Positions 1 to 8,449 of a DNA stretch of 42,602 nt are shown here, piece after piece. Position 1 is the stretch's first letter. Every line of letters starts with the position of its first letter. The translations under genes and the position numbers were made by a program. Source of the stretch: Planctomycetota bacterium. GTDB lineage: Bacteria; Planctomycetota; Planctomycetia; Pirellulales; UBA1268. The DNA lies in assembly GCA_037133115.1 (NCBI GenBank), contig JBAXOU010000003.1, forward strand, positions 1 through 42,602, read 5' to 3'. The notes beneath the pieces are model-generated. The model did no database searches. It was not told where the DNA came from and worked only from the letters and a program-made list of their open reading frames with translations.

Positions 1-242
1 AACTCACACGTCCCGCCGGCGCCGAGCATGTCGCCGGCCGGCTGCGGTGGCCCTCAAAACGCGAGGATCAAGTGTGACACGTATGAGCCATGCCGGACGC
101 GAGGCGGAAACAAAGCCGCCAGGCGGCCGGACTCGGAGATATTCCGCGTTGACGCTGGAGAAACGCCACGTGGGGAGGGAAGGCAGGCGTTCCGGGAATC
201 GCTTTTGGGACCAGGGAGACGCAAGCACGCGGTTCACGCGTT

Positions 243-291
243 GCTCACCAGTTGGGCAATGCTGGCGGAAGTGCCATTGGCCGGGCTATCC
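243..291 (+). mobile_element. Putative IS91/ISCR-family oriIS-like end, copy 1
   Basis: GCTCACCAGTTGGGCAATGCTGGCGGAAGTGCCATTGGCCGGGCTATCC matches 25188-25236 at 42/49 nt and the reverse complement of 5693-5736 at 36/44 nt. The last copy lies just downstream of an IS91-like transposase C-terminus. Confidence 0.55.
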
Positions 292-292
292 C

Positions 293-3200
293 TCAATTCG
301 TTCGCGGCGTGGGCTTCGGGATTGGCTTCGCGGTGAGTTCGCCGACGACCCAGTCGAGGCCCTCGAGGTTGTCGAGGAGCCGAGCCTCTGCGTCATGGCC
401 GGTGTGGTTAAGGATCCCGATCGGGCCAGTGTAGCCGCTCTCGCAGATCGTCTTCGCGAGGGCCACGTCGAGATCGCCCTGGCCGATGACGAGAATCTTC
501 CTCCCGGTCGATTCACCATCGGCGGTCATGCCATTGAGGTTGAGGAAGTGCAGGTGCGGCAGCATCTTCGCGAGCGATTCCTTCCATCGCGGCAGGTGGC
601 TGTGACCGTGGTGCTGGTTGTAGACGATGCCGACGTTCGGCATGGCGAGGGCCTCGCACACCGCCACCATGTTTTCCGGCTCCCCGCCCCAGCCACCGTG
701 GTTGTAGATGGAGACGCGGCAGCCCGCCTTCGCGGCCTGCTCGGCCACGGGCCGCAGGGCGGCGGCAGCGTGCTTCACCTTCGCCGCCTGGTCGAGCTCG
801 GTCGGGGCATCGATCATCGTCCAAAAAGACGGCTTGAGCCCGCGCTTCTCGAGGCTTGTGAGTAGCCCGGGAAAATCCGGTGGTGTGGCCCAGAAGGCGT
901 CGAGTGCGACGTCGTGCTTCGCAAGCGCGTCCCACTCCCGGTCGAACGTGGGGATGTGCTCCGGCCGCCAATCGTAGGCAAAGTGCTTGAAGCCGAGTTT
1001 TGCGAGCATCGCCGCGCGATCCTCAGGGCCGCGCTGCTTGGCGTCGAACGGCACGATGCACCAGGCCACGAGGTTGTCGCGGCGGAAGAGCTCCTGCGCC
1101 TTCGCGGCGACATCGATGGGCTCGTCGTCTTCCACGATGAGCAGGCCGTTCATCAGCTTCCAGTGGCCAGGGAACGTGCAGAGGAAGTGATAGCGGCCCG
1201 GCACGTCGGGTACGGTGAAGTAAATCGTCTGCCGCTTGCCGGGCTCGGTGATGTCGGCGTAGGCGACGACGTCGTCGGTCTTGGGCACGTAGTGCCGGGC
1301 CACGGCCTCGGGGTCGGCGATGAGCCCGTCGGCGAGTGTGCCGACGGCGGCGAGCATGCCGGGCTTTGCGAGCACCCAGTTGTGCGGCACGACGTCGGGA
1401 TTCACGAACGTAAGGGCCATTTTTTCACCGGGCGTGGCCCGCAGTTCCGGCGTCTTGTAGGCGAGGTTCGAGGCGACCTCCATCACGACCTCGCGAGAGC
1501 CCTCCACCTTCGCCAGCCAGGGATTCTTCACCGTGGCCTTCATCATCACGACGTCGCGCAGGATCGGGAGGGCCCCGACGGGCCGCGTCACTTCCTGATA
1601 GTTCGGAATGTCACGAAACGGCTCGTCGAGCGCGTGCACGGTGGCGAACACGTCGCGTGTCGTGTCTGGGCCGACCGCCACCTGGAGATGCAGTTGGTTC
1701 ACCGGCTGGAGGTCGGGTATTTCAAGAAACAGGCTCTGGCCGTCGGAGAGCACCGTGGCCGAGCGGATCGCGAGTGGATCGTGGCCCACCGTGCCGTAGT
1801 GGCTCGGTGAAAACTCGGGCGAGCCATACGCCGGGCCGTAGCGGTAGTTCCAGCACTGGGCGAAGTGGCTCGCCGCGTCGGCCGCCACGCTGCGTTCGAG
1901 CGGCGCCGAGAATCGCAGCAGCACGCCGTTGCGGTGAGCCCGAATCCCGACCGGCTGCTGCACGGTGCCGCCGACGTAGCGCACGCGCTGGAAGCAGCCA
2001 TCGTCGACGCCGTAGACATGCCAGCCGTTCATGCCGCTCGCGTAGAGCTGGCCATCGGCGGGGCTGAACCGGCCGCGGTGGACGCCCGAGCGGAAGTCGC
2101 CAACAAGCGGCACGACGGCTCCCTGCGTCTGGCCGGCCACCTCGTCGCGGAGCACGAGGAAGTGCGTGCAGGCGCCAAACGAAAAGTGCACGAGCTGGCC
2201 GCCGAGCGGTCCCCAGCGGTCGCTCGATACATACGTCTGCCCGCCGCTCGAGTGGTCGAGCCCGCGTGGCACATACACCATCGGCAGGGCAGGAGGGACG
2301 CCCCGGAAATTCAGCACGGGGTTCGCGGGCGGCTGGCCCGGCTTCTGCTTCACCTCGCAGATCGCCGAGGCGTTGGCGTAGTCGCCTTCGGAGACCGGCA
2401 CGGTGATTGAGCCGTCAGGCAGGAGCGCGAGGCCGTCGGGGTTGCGAAAGCCCGTGGCCACGATGTCGATCGTCTGGCCGTCGGGGCTGATCCGCAGCAG
2501 CCCCTGGTGCGAGGCGGTGAAGAAGTTGCCGGCCACGTCGCGCTCGAGGCCGCACTTGTAGTTGTGGCCGCCGGACGGCTCGAAGCGGTTGGTCACGCAG
2601 CCGTAGAAATCGGCCTCGCCATCGCCGTTGGTGTCGTCGAGCCGGGTGATCTGGTCGCCGCAGAGCACATACACGACGTCGTCTGTCACGACGAGGCCGA
2701 GGGCCTGGTTGAGGCCGGCCGCCATCCGCCGCCAACGCACGCTCTTGAGCTCCGCATCGAGGCCGGAGACCCGCCACACGTCGCCCTGGATCGTGCAGAT
2801 CGCGGCGTCGCCGTTCGAGAAGAAGTCGTGCCCCCCGAAAAACATCAGGCTGCCCCATGGGTTGTCCACCGGCAGCGCGATCGTGTCGACAGCATACGGC
2901 TTGCCTGAGCCAAGGGTGCCGGTGGTGGTGAGCGTCTGCGGCCACTGGCTGGGGCCGCCTCTCCAGACTTCCGTGAGCGAATGGCTCGCGAGCGGCGCGA
3001 TCTCGCGGACGAGCGCGCCATCCTTCACCCACGGTGCGTCGAGATACTGCACGCCGCCGATCACGTAGAGGAAGAGAACCCGCTTCCCATGCCGATAAAA
3101 CCCTTGATACGTACGCGGCCCGGGCGGCAGTTCCGCTGCGGCGGGCGGCGGGCTGACGGGGCCGGCCGGAGTGGCCGGTGAGAGGAAGCCGTAGCGGGTT

Positions 3201-4192
3201 TTGTCGAACTTCAGGAAGCCGCTGGTCCACGTGGCCTCAAACTGGAGCGTATCGGGGTTGAAGCAGGCGGCGAGTTCGCCCGAGTCGCCGAGCCGCACAT
3301 TCACAGCCCGCGGGATCGTCCGCTCGTCGAGCTTCAGTGGCCAGGCCTGCACGGTGCCCTGGTCGCAGGTGTCGCGGCGGGTGTCGTCCCACGTGGACCA
3401 GGGGATGCTGCCCCAGTGGCCATGCGTGCCGCCGTCGAGGCCGGGATACGCGGGGAGCAGGATCGGCATCGGATTGCGGTCGCGAAACTGCATGGCCTGC
3501 TTCGTGTAGGCGTCATAGATGCGGTGCTCGTTGACCCACAGGCCACGGTTCGGCCAATCGGCGGGCACAAGCGGTTCCCGCGGAACGTCGAACGTGCCCG
3601 GGCGGTGGGAGAGCGACTCGAGGCCCGGCGTGCGGCCGAGTTCGAGGAGATAGCGAACCAGGTCTCGCCGCTGCTCCGCCGGGAGCGACGTGAACACGTT
3701 GGCCGGCATGAGGGAGCCGACCTCGGTCCGCTCCTCGATCTCGCCGGGCGGCACACTGTGGCTCTTGCCCGTGGCGTCCACGACGACCACGGCCGCCGGC
3801 GTCTCCTCCTTGACGATGCCCTGAAGCACGCGGCCGTCGGCCAGCGTGAAGGCATAGGCCCGATACTCGGGCTTCACGGCCCGCGCGGGCCAATAGACGC
3901 TCTCGACGATCTCCTCGGGCGAAAGGCACTTGGCGATCGTGGTGAGTTCGGGGCCCACCGCGCCGCCCTCACCGGCCACCTTGTGGCACGCCGTGCAGCC
4001 GGTCGTGGCCACGCTGAACACGCCGGCCCCACGCCGGGCGTCACCCTGCGCCCGCGCGTCGGCAAGGGCCTCTTGGACGAATGCGGCGTTCCACTCGGGC
4101 GGATCGTGCTGCCCGCCGGCAGCGCTCGCAGCCGCGCATGCGGCCAGCGTGATCACGACGACCCGTAGTCTGATGGAAATGACCCGCGACAT
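293..4192 (-). CDS. Secreted multidomain protein: putative heme-binding cytochrome c domain + DUF6797-like domain + beta-propeller (sorbosone dehydrogenase-like) + azurin/auracyanin-type cupredoxin + xylose isomerase-like TIM barrel
   Basis: Start moved from the track position 4432 to ATG 4192 (MSRVISIRLRVVVITLAACAAASA, signal-peptide-like). Motifs: CTACH, VGPELT, SLMP (heme c); ATGFRNPDGL (propeller); PHNWV and CTFPGHWKLM (type 1 Cu); NLVAWCIVPFD, YNHGGWGGEPEN, IVYNQHHGH (TIM barrel). Confidence 0.85.
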   Translation of the reverse strand: MSRVISIRLRVVVITLAACAAASAAGGQHDPPEWNAAFVQEALADARAQGDARRGAGVFSVATTGCTACHKVAGEGGAVGPELTTIAKCLSPEEIVESVYWPARAVKPEYRAYAFTLADGRVLQGIVKEETPAAVVVVDATGKSHSVPPGEIEERTEVGSLMPANVFTSLPAEQRRDLVRYLLELGRTPGLESLSHRPGTFDVPREPLVPADWPNRGLWVNEHRIYDAYTKQAMQFRDRNPMPILLPAYPGLDGGTHGHWGSIPWSTWDDTRRDTCDQGTVQAWPLKLDERTIPRAVNVRLGDSGELAACFNPDTLQFEATWTSGFLKFDKTRYGFLSPATPAGPVSPPPAAAELPPGPRTYQGFYRHGKRVLFLYVIGGVQYLDAPWVKDGALVREIAPLASHSLTEVWRGGPSQWPQTLTTTGTLGSGKPYAVDTIALPVDNPWGSLMFFGGHDFFSNGDAAICTIQGDVWRVSGLDAELKSVRWRRMAAGLNQALGLVVTDDVVYVLCGDQITRLDDTNGDGEADFYGCVTNRFEPSGGHNYKCGLERDVAGNFFTASHQGLLRISPDGQTIDIVATGFRNPDGLALLPDGSITVPVSEGDYANASAICEVKQKPGQPPANPVLNFRGVPPALPMVYVPRGLDHSSGGQTYVSSDRWGPLGGQLVHFSFGACTHFLVLRDEVAGQTQGAVVPLVGDFRSGVHRGRFSPADGQLYASGMNGWHVYGVDDGCFQRVRYVGGTVQQPVGIRAHRNGVLLRFSAPLERSVAADAASHFAQCWNYRYGPAYGSPEFSPSHYGTVGHDPLAIRSATVLSDGQSLFLEIPDLQPVNQLHLQVAVGPDTTRDVFATVHALDEPFRDIPNYQEVTRPVGALPILRDVVMMKATVKNPWLAKVEGSREVVMEVASNLAYKTPELRATPGEKMALTFVNPDVVPHNWVLAKPGMLAAVGTLADGLIADPEAVARHYVPKTDDVVAYADITEPGKRQTIYFTVPDVPGRYHFLCTFPGHWKLMNGLLIVEDDEPIDVAAKAQELFRRDNLVAWCIVPFDAKQRGPEDRAAMLAKLGFKHFAYDWRPEHIPTFDREWDALAKHDVALDAFWATPPDFPGLLTSLEKRGLKPSFWTMIDAPTELDQAAKVKHAAAALRPVAEQAAKAGCRVSIYNHGGWGGEPENMVAVCEALAMPNVGIVYNQHHGHSHLPRWKESLAKMLPHLHFLNLNGMTADGESTGRKILVIGQGDLDVALAKTICESGYTGPIGILNHTGHDAEARLLDNLEGLDWVVGELTAKPIPKPTPRTN

Positions 4193-4443
4193 AGTGAAAA
4201 GATAGTCACCGCCGCGGAGCCCGGCTTGCCGAGGGGCGGCAGAGGATGGAACCAGACCGGCGTGCACGAGACGGGAGGCGTGGGATAATCTCCGAAACGC
4301 CCAACCGGCCCTCGGAGATTCTCTCATGGAGTCCTCCCGCCATCTACAACCACTCGATCCAGTGCCAGCGGGCGTCGCCGGCGTCACCACCTGCTCGTCA
4401 GCCGCGATTCCCCTTTCTTCGAAACCGATCACCGGAGCATGCC

Positions 4444-5073
4444 ATGCCTCTCGTCGATATCTCCCACCCGCTGGTCCACGGGCAGCAGAACTTCCCGACC
4501 GACCCGAAGCTCTCGATCGTACCGCACGGCACCACTGCCACGCTCCGCTACAACATTTCGCAGGTGTCGATGTCGACCCATCAGGGCACGCACCTCGATG
4601 CGATGTACCACTTTGTCGATGACGGCAAAACGCTCGATCAAATGCCGCTCGACTGGTTCTACGGGCCGGCTACGGTGCTGCGTATCCCGAAGGCCCCACG
4701 GGAGGAGATCACACCCGACGACTTCCGGCGTCATGAGAGCTTACTCGTGCCGGGGGCCAAGATCATCTACGAGACCGGCTGGCATAGGCAGTTCGGCGCT
4801 GAAAACTTCTTCAGCGATTTCCCGTCGCTCACGCAGGATGCCGCCCGCTACCTCGTCTCCCGCGGCATCCGCATGCTCGGCATGGACACGCCCACCCCTA
4901 GTCGCGACTGGTACGAGGTGCACCATATCCTGCTGGCGAAGGATGCGGAGATCGTCGTCGTGGAGTCGCTGGCCCATCTCGACCGGGTGCCCGACGCCAT
5001 CACCTTCATCGGCTTCCCGCTCAACTTCGCCGGCCGCGATGGCTCTCCGATCCGGGCCGTGGCGATCGTGTGA
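4444..5073 (+). CDS. Cyclase family metal-dependent hydrolase (kynurenine formamidase KynB-like)
   Basis: MPLVDISHPL start, HQGTHLDA signature, GMDTPT, VHHILL, VESL and DGSPIRAVA C-terminus. Confidence 0.9.
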   Translation: MPLVDISHPLVHGQQNFPTDPKLSIVPHGTTATLRYNISQVSMSTHQGTHLDAMYHFVDDGKTLDQMPLDWFYGPATVLRIPKAPREEITPDDFRRHESLLVPGAKIIYETGWHRQFGAENFFSDFPSLTQDAARYLVSRGIRMLGMDTPTPSRDWYEVHHILLAKDAEIVVVESLAHLDRVPDAITFIGFPLNFAGRDGSPIRAVAIV

Positions 5074-5077
5074 GCGG

Positions 5078-5101
5078 TCACGCGCGGCAGACGCCGCGTG
5101 A
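5078..5101. terminator. GC-rich hairpin between convergent cyclase and hicA genes (possible terminator or pause site)
   Basis: TCACGCG-N10-CGCGTGA inverted repeat 4 nt after the cyclase stop; no U-tract. Confidence 0.25.
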
Positions 5102-5217
5102 AGTCAGCCAGTCACGCATCTCGCTGAGCCGCGCGAACCTCGAGCCGGGCGGACCGCAGGCAGGGCTTGTTCCGCGACGGGATCAGCAGGAGCGTGGCGT
5201 GGTGGCCACCGTGGGGC

Positions 5218-5445
5218 TCACTCGTCCGCAAGCGATGCGAAATCTTCGGTGGTCATGCCCGCAGCGCGAATCAGACTACGGAGCGTTCCCTTCGCAAGTT
5301 CCTTGTGGTCAGGAACGGAGAGCGTCGCAGGCTGGCCATCCTTCACGAGGATGACGTGGCTGCCGCGTTGGCGATCGATCGTCCAGCCTGCCCTTTCGAA
5401 GACCTTGACCGCCTCGCCTCCGCTCAGCATGGGAAGCCGAGCCAT
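5218..5445 (-). CDS. hicA: HicA family mRNA interferase toxin
   Basis: 75 aa; RQRGSHVIL catalytic GSH motif, SVPDHKELAKGTLRSLIRAAG; start overlaps the hicB stop. Confidence 0.92.
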   Translation of the reverse strand: MARLPMLSGGEAVKVFERAGWTIDRQRGSHVILVKDGQPATLSVPDHKELAKGTLRSLIRAAGMTTEDFASLADE

Positions 5446-5651
5446 CAGATCGTGACCTCGACCTGCTGCGTTTCAACGGTGAGCGGCATGCCCCGCTCCG
5501 CACGAGTCTCTAGGCAGGCAGCAATCGCCTCGCGGACGTTCTTGATTGCTTCATCGCGAGACTCGCCCTGCGACACACAGCCTGGGATGCTGGGGCATTC
5601 CGCGACCCACATGCGGTCCTCGTCCTGCGCGAGTGTGATGAGAAACTTCAT
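5445..5651 (-). CDS. hicB: HicB family antitoxin (short, no obvious DNA-binding domain)
   Basis: 68 aa from ATG 5651: WVAECPSIPGCVSQGESRDEAIKNVREAI is a typical HicB N-terminal fold. Confidence 0.9.
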   Translation of the reverse strand: MKFLITLAQDEDRMWVAECPSIPGCVSQGESRDEAIKNVREAIAACLETRAERGMPLTVETQQVEVTI

Positions 5652-5692
5652 GAGGATAACACCAAAGAGCCAGACAAATCCCACTATTCAAA

Positions 5693-5736
5693 GGATAGGT
5701 CGGCCAATGGCACTTCGGCAAGCGTTGGCCGAGTGG
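5693..5736 (-). mobile_element. Putative IS91/ISCR-family oriIS-like end, copy 2
   Basis: Minus strand reads CCACTCGGCCAACGCTTGCCGAAGTGCCATTGGCCGACCTATCC, about 50 nt downstream of the stop codon of the IS91-like transposase remnant. Confidence 0.6.
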
Positions 5737-5787
5737 GGCGGGTCATGAGGAGCTCGCGGGCCGTCCGCACTCTGGCATGGAATGCCG

Positions 5788-6093
5788 TCAGAGGCTGTGG
5801 ATGTCGATCACGGGCAGTTCGTCGGGCGGACGTTCGAGCGGTTCGCCGAGGTGTGTCAGGGGCTCACTGCACGCAGACGAAGCCATCCTGGCCTTCATCT
5901 ACTTACGAACCTCCGGTTCGACGAAGGCCGGCTCCTGCCGGCCTTCTCCTCGAAGTCGCATGTCGCCACCGCACCCCGGGCCGACCCAGTTGGCCGCCTT
6001 GTGTCGGGGGAACACGTAGCGGACTTGAGCGATGCGGCCATCTTCACCGCGCCTCACGGAGAGCCGTTCCATCGCGAAGGGCGGCCGGGCGCA
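5788..6093 (-). pseudogene. Internally deleted IS91-family (Y2 HUH) transposase C-terminal remnant
   Basis: One minus frame (not in the ORF track) reads CARPPFAMERLSVRRGEDGRIAQVRYVFPRHKAANWVGPG-CGGDMRL...(TAG)...LTHLGEPLERPPDELPVIDIHSL*, which I recognise as IS91-like transposase C-terminal blocks. Confidence 0.7.
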
Positions 6094-6610
6094 AGACCCA
6101 CACGCTGTCCGTGCCCCAGCCGCACCACACCCAGGGGATCACCCGCTGCTTTGTGGGCGCCGTGCCGTGGGCATCAATGGCTGCCCGATCAGCGAGGAAG
6201 ACGGAGAGCCATTCCTCCGGCCTCGCACCGGGATACCCGCCCGGGTCGCCATCGATCGTGACGTATGCATCGGCTGAATTGACGATTTTCATCATGGCCC
6301 GACGGTGTGCGAAATAGGCGGCGGCTTCAGCCGGGTCGTCGAGGCGGACATGCTTCCACACAGGATAGGGGTTGCGTTCTTTCCACGGCTTCGCGGCGAT
6401 CGACTGCGGCGGCGTGAGGTTCGGAGTCTGCACGAGCCAGAATTCGAGGCCGGCCGCATGGGCGTCGTCGATCGTGCGGCGGTAGTCCACCAGCGCCTTC
6501 GCGCGACGGACTGCCGGAGCGGTCGCATGCACGGGCTCCGTGGCGTGCGGGTCACCAGCCGTGACGGCATGGAATGGAGCGACCCGGTCGCTGGTCTCGA
6601 GGGTGAGCAC
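6094..6610 (-). pseudogene. Fragment of an uncharacterised protein, truncated at the transposase remnant
   Basis: Protein-like core (YRRTIDDAHAAGLEFWL...TIDGDPGGYPG...IPWVWCGWG) that switches abruptly into transposase sequence at ~6093. Confidence 0.55.
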
Positions 6611-6629
6611 ATCGACAACATCTTCATCC

Positions 6630-6839
6630 TTAACGAAGGCAATCCGTCCCGCGGTCCTTGGCGTGGACCGCGACCGCGCCCCGGAGCTCCCGCGGGGCCC
6701 GCGCGAACCGCGCTTGAAATGCCGCGTTGAAGCGGGTGAGGCTGCCGAAGCCGCTCGCGAAGGCGATGTCGGCGATGGGGCGGGTCGTGTTGGCGACGAG
6801 TTGGTGGGCGTGGGCGAGCCGCGCGTCGGTTACGAAGGC
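6630..6839 (-). pseudogene. AraC-family regulator, C-terminal HTH fragment
   Basis: FVTDARLAHAHQLVANTTRPIADIAFASGFGSLTRFNAAFQARFARAPRELR is the AraC second-HTH signature; the N-terminal part is missing here. Confidence 0.8.
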
Positions 6840-6926
6840 GACGGTCACGGCTCGGAAGGCTGTTGCGATGCGAAGCAAAAGCCCCGCTTCCACGACACGT
6901 CGCGGATTGCCTGGGCCAAACTGATG
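6837..6926 (+). pseudogene. Second IS91-family transposase fragment, opposite strand
   Basis: GDGHGSEGCCDAKQKPRFHDTSRIAWAKLM; the WAKLM helix is typical of the region before the CxxCGG knuckle in IS91-like transposases. Confidence 0.6.
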
Positions 6927-7201
6927 GTGCTGGGGCCGTTCGGAAGCCGGTCGGAGGCGTTGAGGGCGGAAAGGGGGTGGCTGGTGTTCGGGGCAAACGC
7001 AGAAACGGCGTACCAGGCTCTGAAAAAACCTTACTGCAGACCCTGGAAACCAGCACGCCGGCGGCCAATCAGACCCTCTGGCTGTCGGGCGTCTTTCCTG
7101 CCCCTTTCCCCTTTTCCAGGAGATCCCCGCAATGAGCGACCGTCACCTGTTCACCGCCGTTGCCCAGATGACCTGCACCCACGCCCGTCGCTTTTTCGTT
7201 G

Positions 7202-7636
7202 CTATCGCTTCAGGGCCAGCACCAGCACACCGGCACCGACCATGAGGATCCCCAGCCACTCCCGCACGGATGGCCGCTCATGGAGGAACAGCACTGCAAA
7301 CACGGCAACCAGAACGAGGCTGAGCTTGTCGACCGGGGCCACCTTCGATGCTTCACCCACCTTCAGGGCCCGGAAGTAGCAGACCCACGACGCCCCGGTG
7401 GCAAGCCCCGAAAGCACCAGGAACAAAAGCGTTTTCGGGGGCAGCGTCATCGGGTTCGTCCACTTCCCGGTCGCGAATACAAAGGCGGCCAGCACCACCG
7501 TGATGACGCCGGTCCGCACGAGGGTCGCCAGATCGGAATCGATCCCCGTGAGGCCGACCTTCGCGAAGATGGCCGTCATGGCTGCAAACACGGCCGAAAG
7601 CAACGCCCAGAAAAACCACGTCGCACCGGTCTCCAT
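7202..7636 (-). CDS. EamA/DMT family transporter (single-domain type)
   Basis: 144 aa from ATG 7636; WALLSAVFAAMTAIFAKVG, SDLATLVRT, SWVCYFRAL, ASKVAPVDKLS; hydrophobic helices throughout. Confidence 0.9.
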   Translation of the reverse strand: METGATWFFWALLSAVFAAMTAIFAKVGLTGIDSDLATLVRTGVITVVLAAFVFATGKWTNPMTLPPKTLLFLVLSGLATGASWVCYFRALKVGEASKVAPVDKLSLVLVAVFAVLFLHERPSVREWLGILMVGAGVLVLALKR

Positions 7637-7796
7637 GCGCTCGGTCTCCTCGCTCCGTGTTTGCCCCGTGTAATCCGGTGCCGTTGGCCGTGATGCCGCC
7701 AGCATATCGCGGGCGCGAACGGTGACGCTGAAATCTCTGCCACCAGCCACGCAGCGATCCAGCCACCACGCCACTCCCAACAGGAACCTACTCCCC

Positions 7797-8045
7797 ATGC
7801 TCAAGCTCCATGCGGGTATTTCCAAGAAAGTCGGCCTGCCCGGCTTCTCTAGCGCGTCGGCCAGCTGCACCATCGAGGCGGAACTCGATTCCGGCCTGCT
7901 CAACGACACCGAGGGCTTCCGGCTCGTCGTCCAGCGGACCTACCAGTCGTGCGAGCAGGCCGCGCAGGATCAGATCGCGAGGCTGACCGTCCAGGAAATC
8001 CCGGCGCCCAGGACCGCTGATCACGCTCAGGACATCTCGGCACAG
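7797..8045 (+). pseudogene. Truncated planctomycete mobile-element-associated hypothetical protein
   Basis: MLKLHAGISKKVGLPGFSSASASCTIEAELDSGLLND...QAAQDQIARL; the ORF then runs antisense into the AraC fragment. End is approximate. Confidence 0.5.
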
Positions 8046-8050
8046 CCCCA

Positions 8051-8287
8051 CTACACGATCGGCCCGCAGACGCGCAGCCAGGGCCTTCCCGCGCGGGCGC
8101 CGGCCAGTCGCCGCACCTCGTGGCCCCCGCCGAGGTGGTCGAGCACGAGGTCGGGAGGCAGGTTGAATTGCAGGGCGAATCCGGTGGTGCAGCCCTGTTC
8201 CGTCCAGCAGTGCGGCAGGTGGCTGCCGACGAGGACGCAGTCAATGTTGGCGAACGCCTGCACGTGATCTCCCACGTAGCGGATCAG
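8051..8287 (-). pseudogene. AraC-family regulator, N-terminal ligand-binding (cupin) fragment
   Basis: [26 protein letters not shown]...FALQF resembles AraC ligand-binding domains; same strand as the HTH fragment at 6630-6839. Confidence 0.65.
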
Positions 8288-8288
8288 C

Positions 8289-8405
8289 CGCATCGGCAAA
8301 CCCGACGAAATCGCCGTCGCCGCCCTGTTCCTCTGCAGCGACGAGGCGAGCTTTATCACCGGCAGCGCCTACCCCGTCGACGGCGGCACACTCTTCCTGC
8401 GTTAA
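8289..8405 (+). pseudogene. Short-chain dehydrogenase/reductase (SDR) C-terminal remnant
   Basis: [38 protein letters not shown] (stop TAA 8403-8405); not in the ORF track, no start. Confidence 0.85.
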
Positions 8406-8449
8406 ACAAGGTCACCAAAGCCGTCTTCATTCGGTTCTCATTCGAGCAC

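Noticed and set aside
4-237. Short ORFs at the window start
   Set aside because: No motifs; more likely non-coding element sequence leading up to the oriIS-like end.
4193-4443. Extended N-termini given by the ORF track for the two divergent genes
   Set aside because: They would overlap each other head to head; downstream ATGs at 4192 and 4444 give a signal peptide and the family-typical start.
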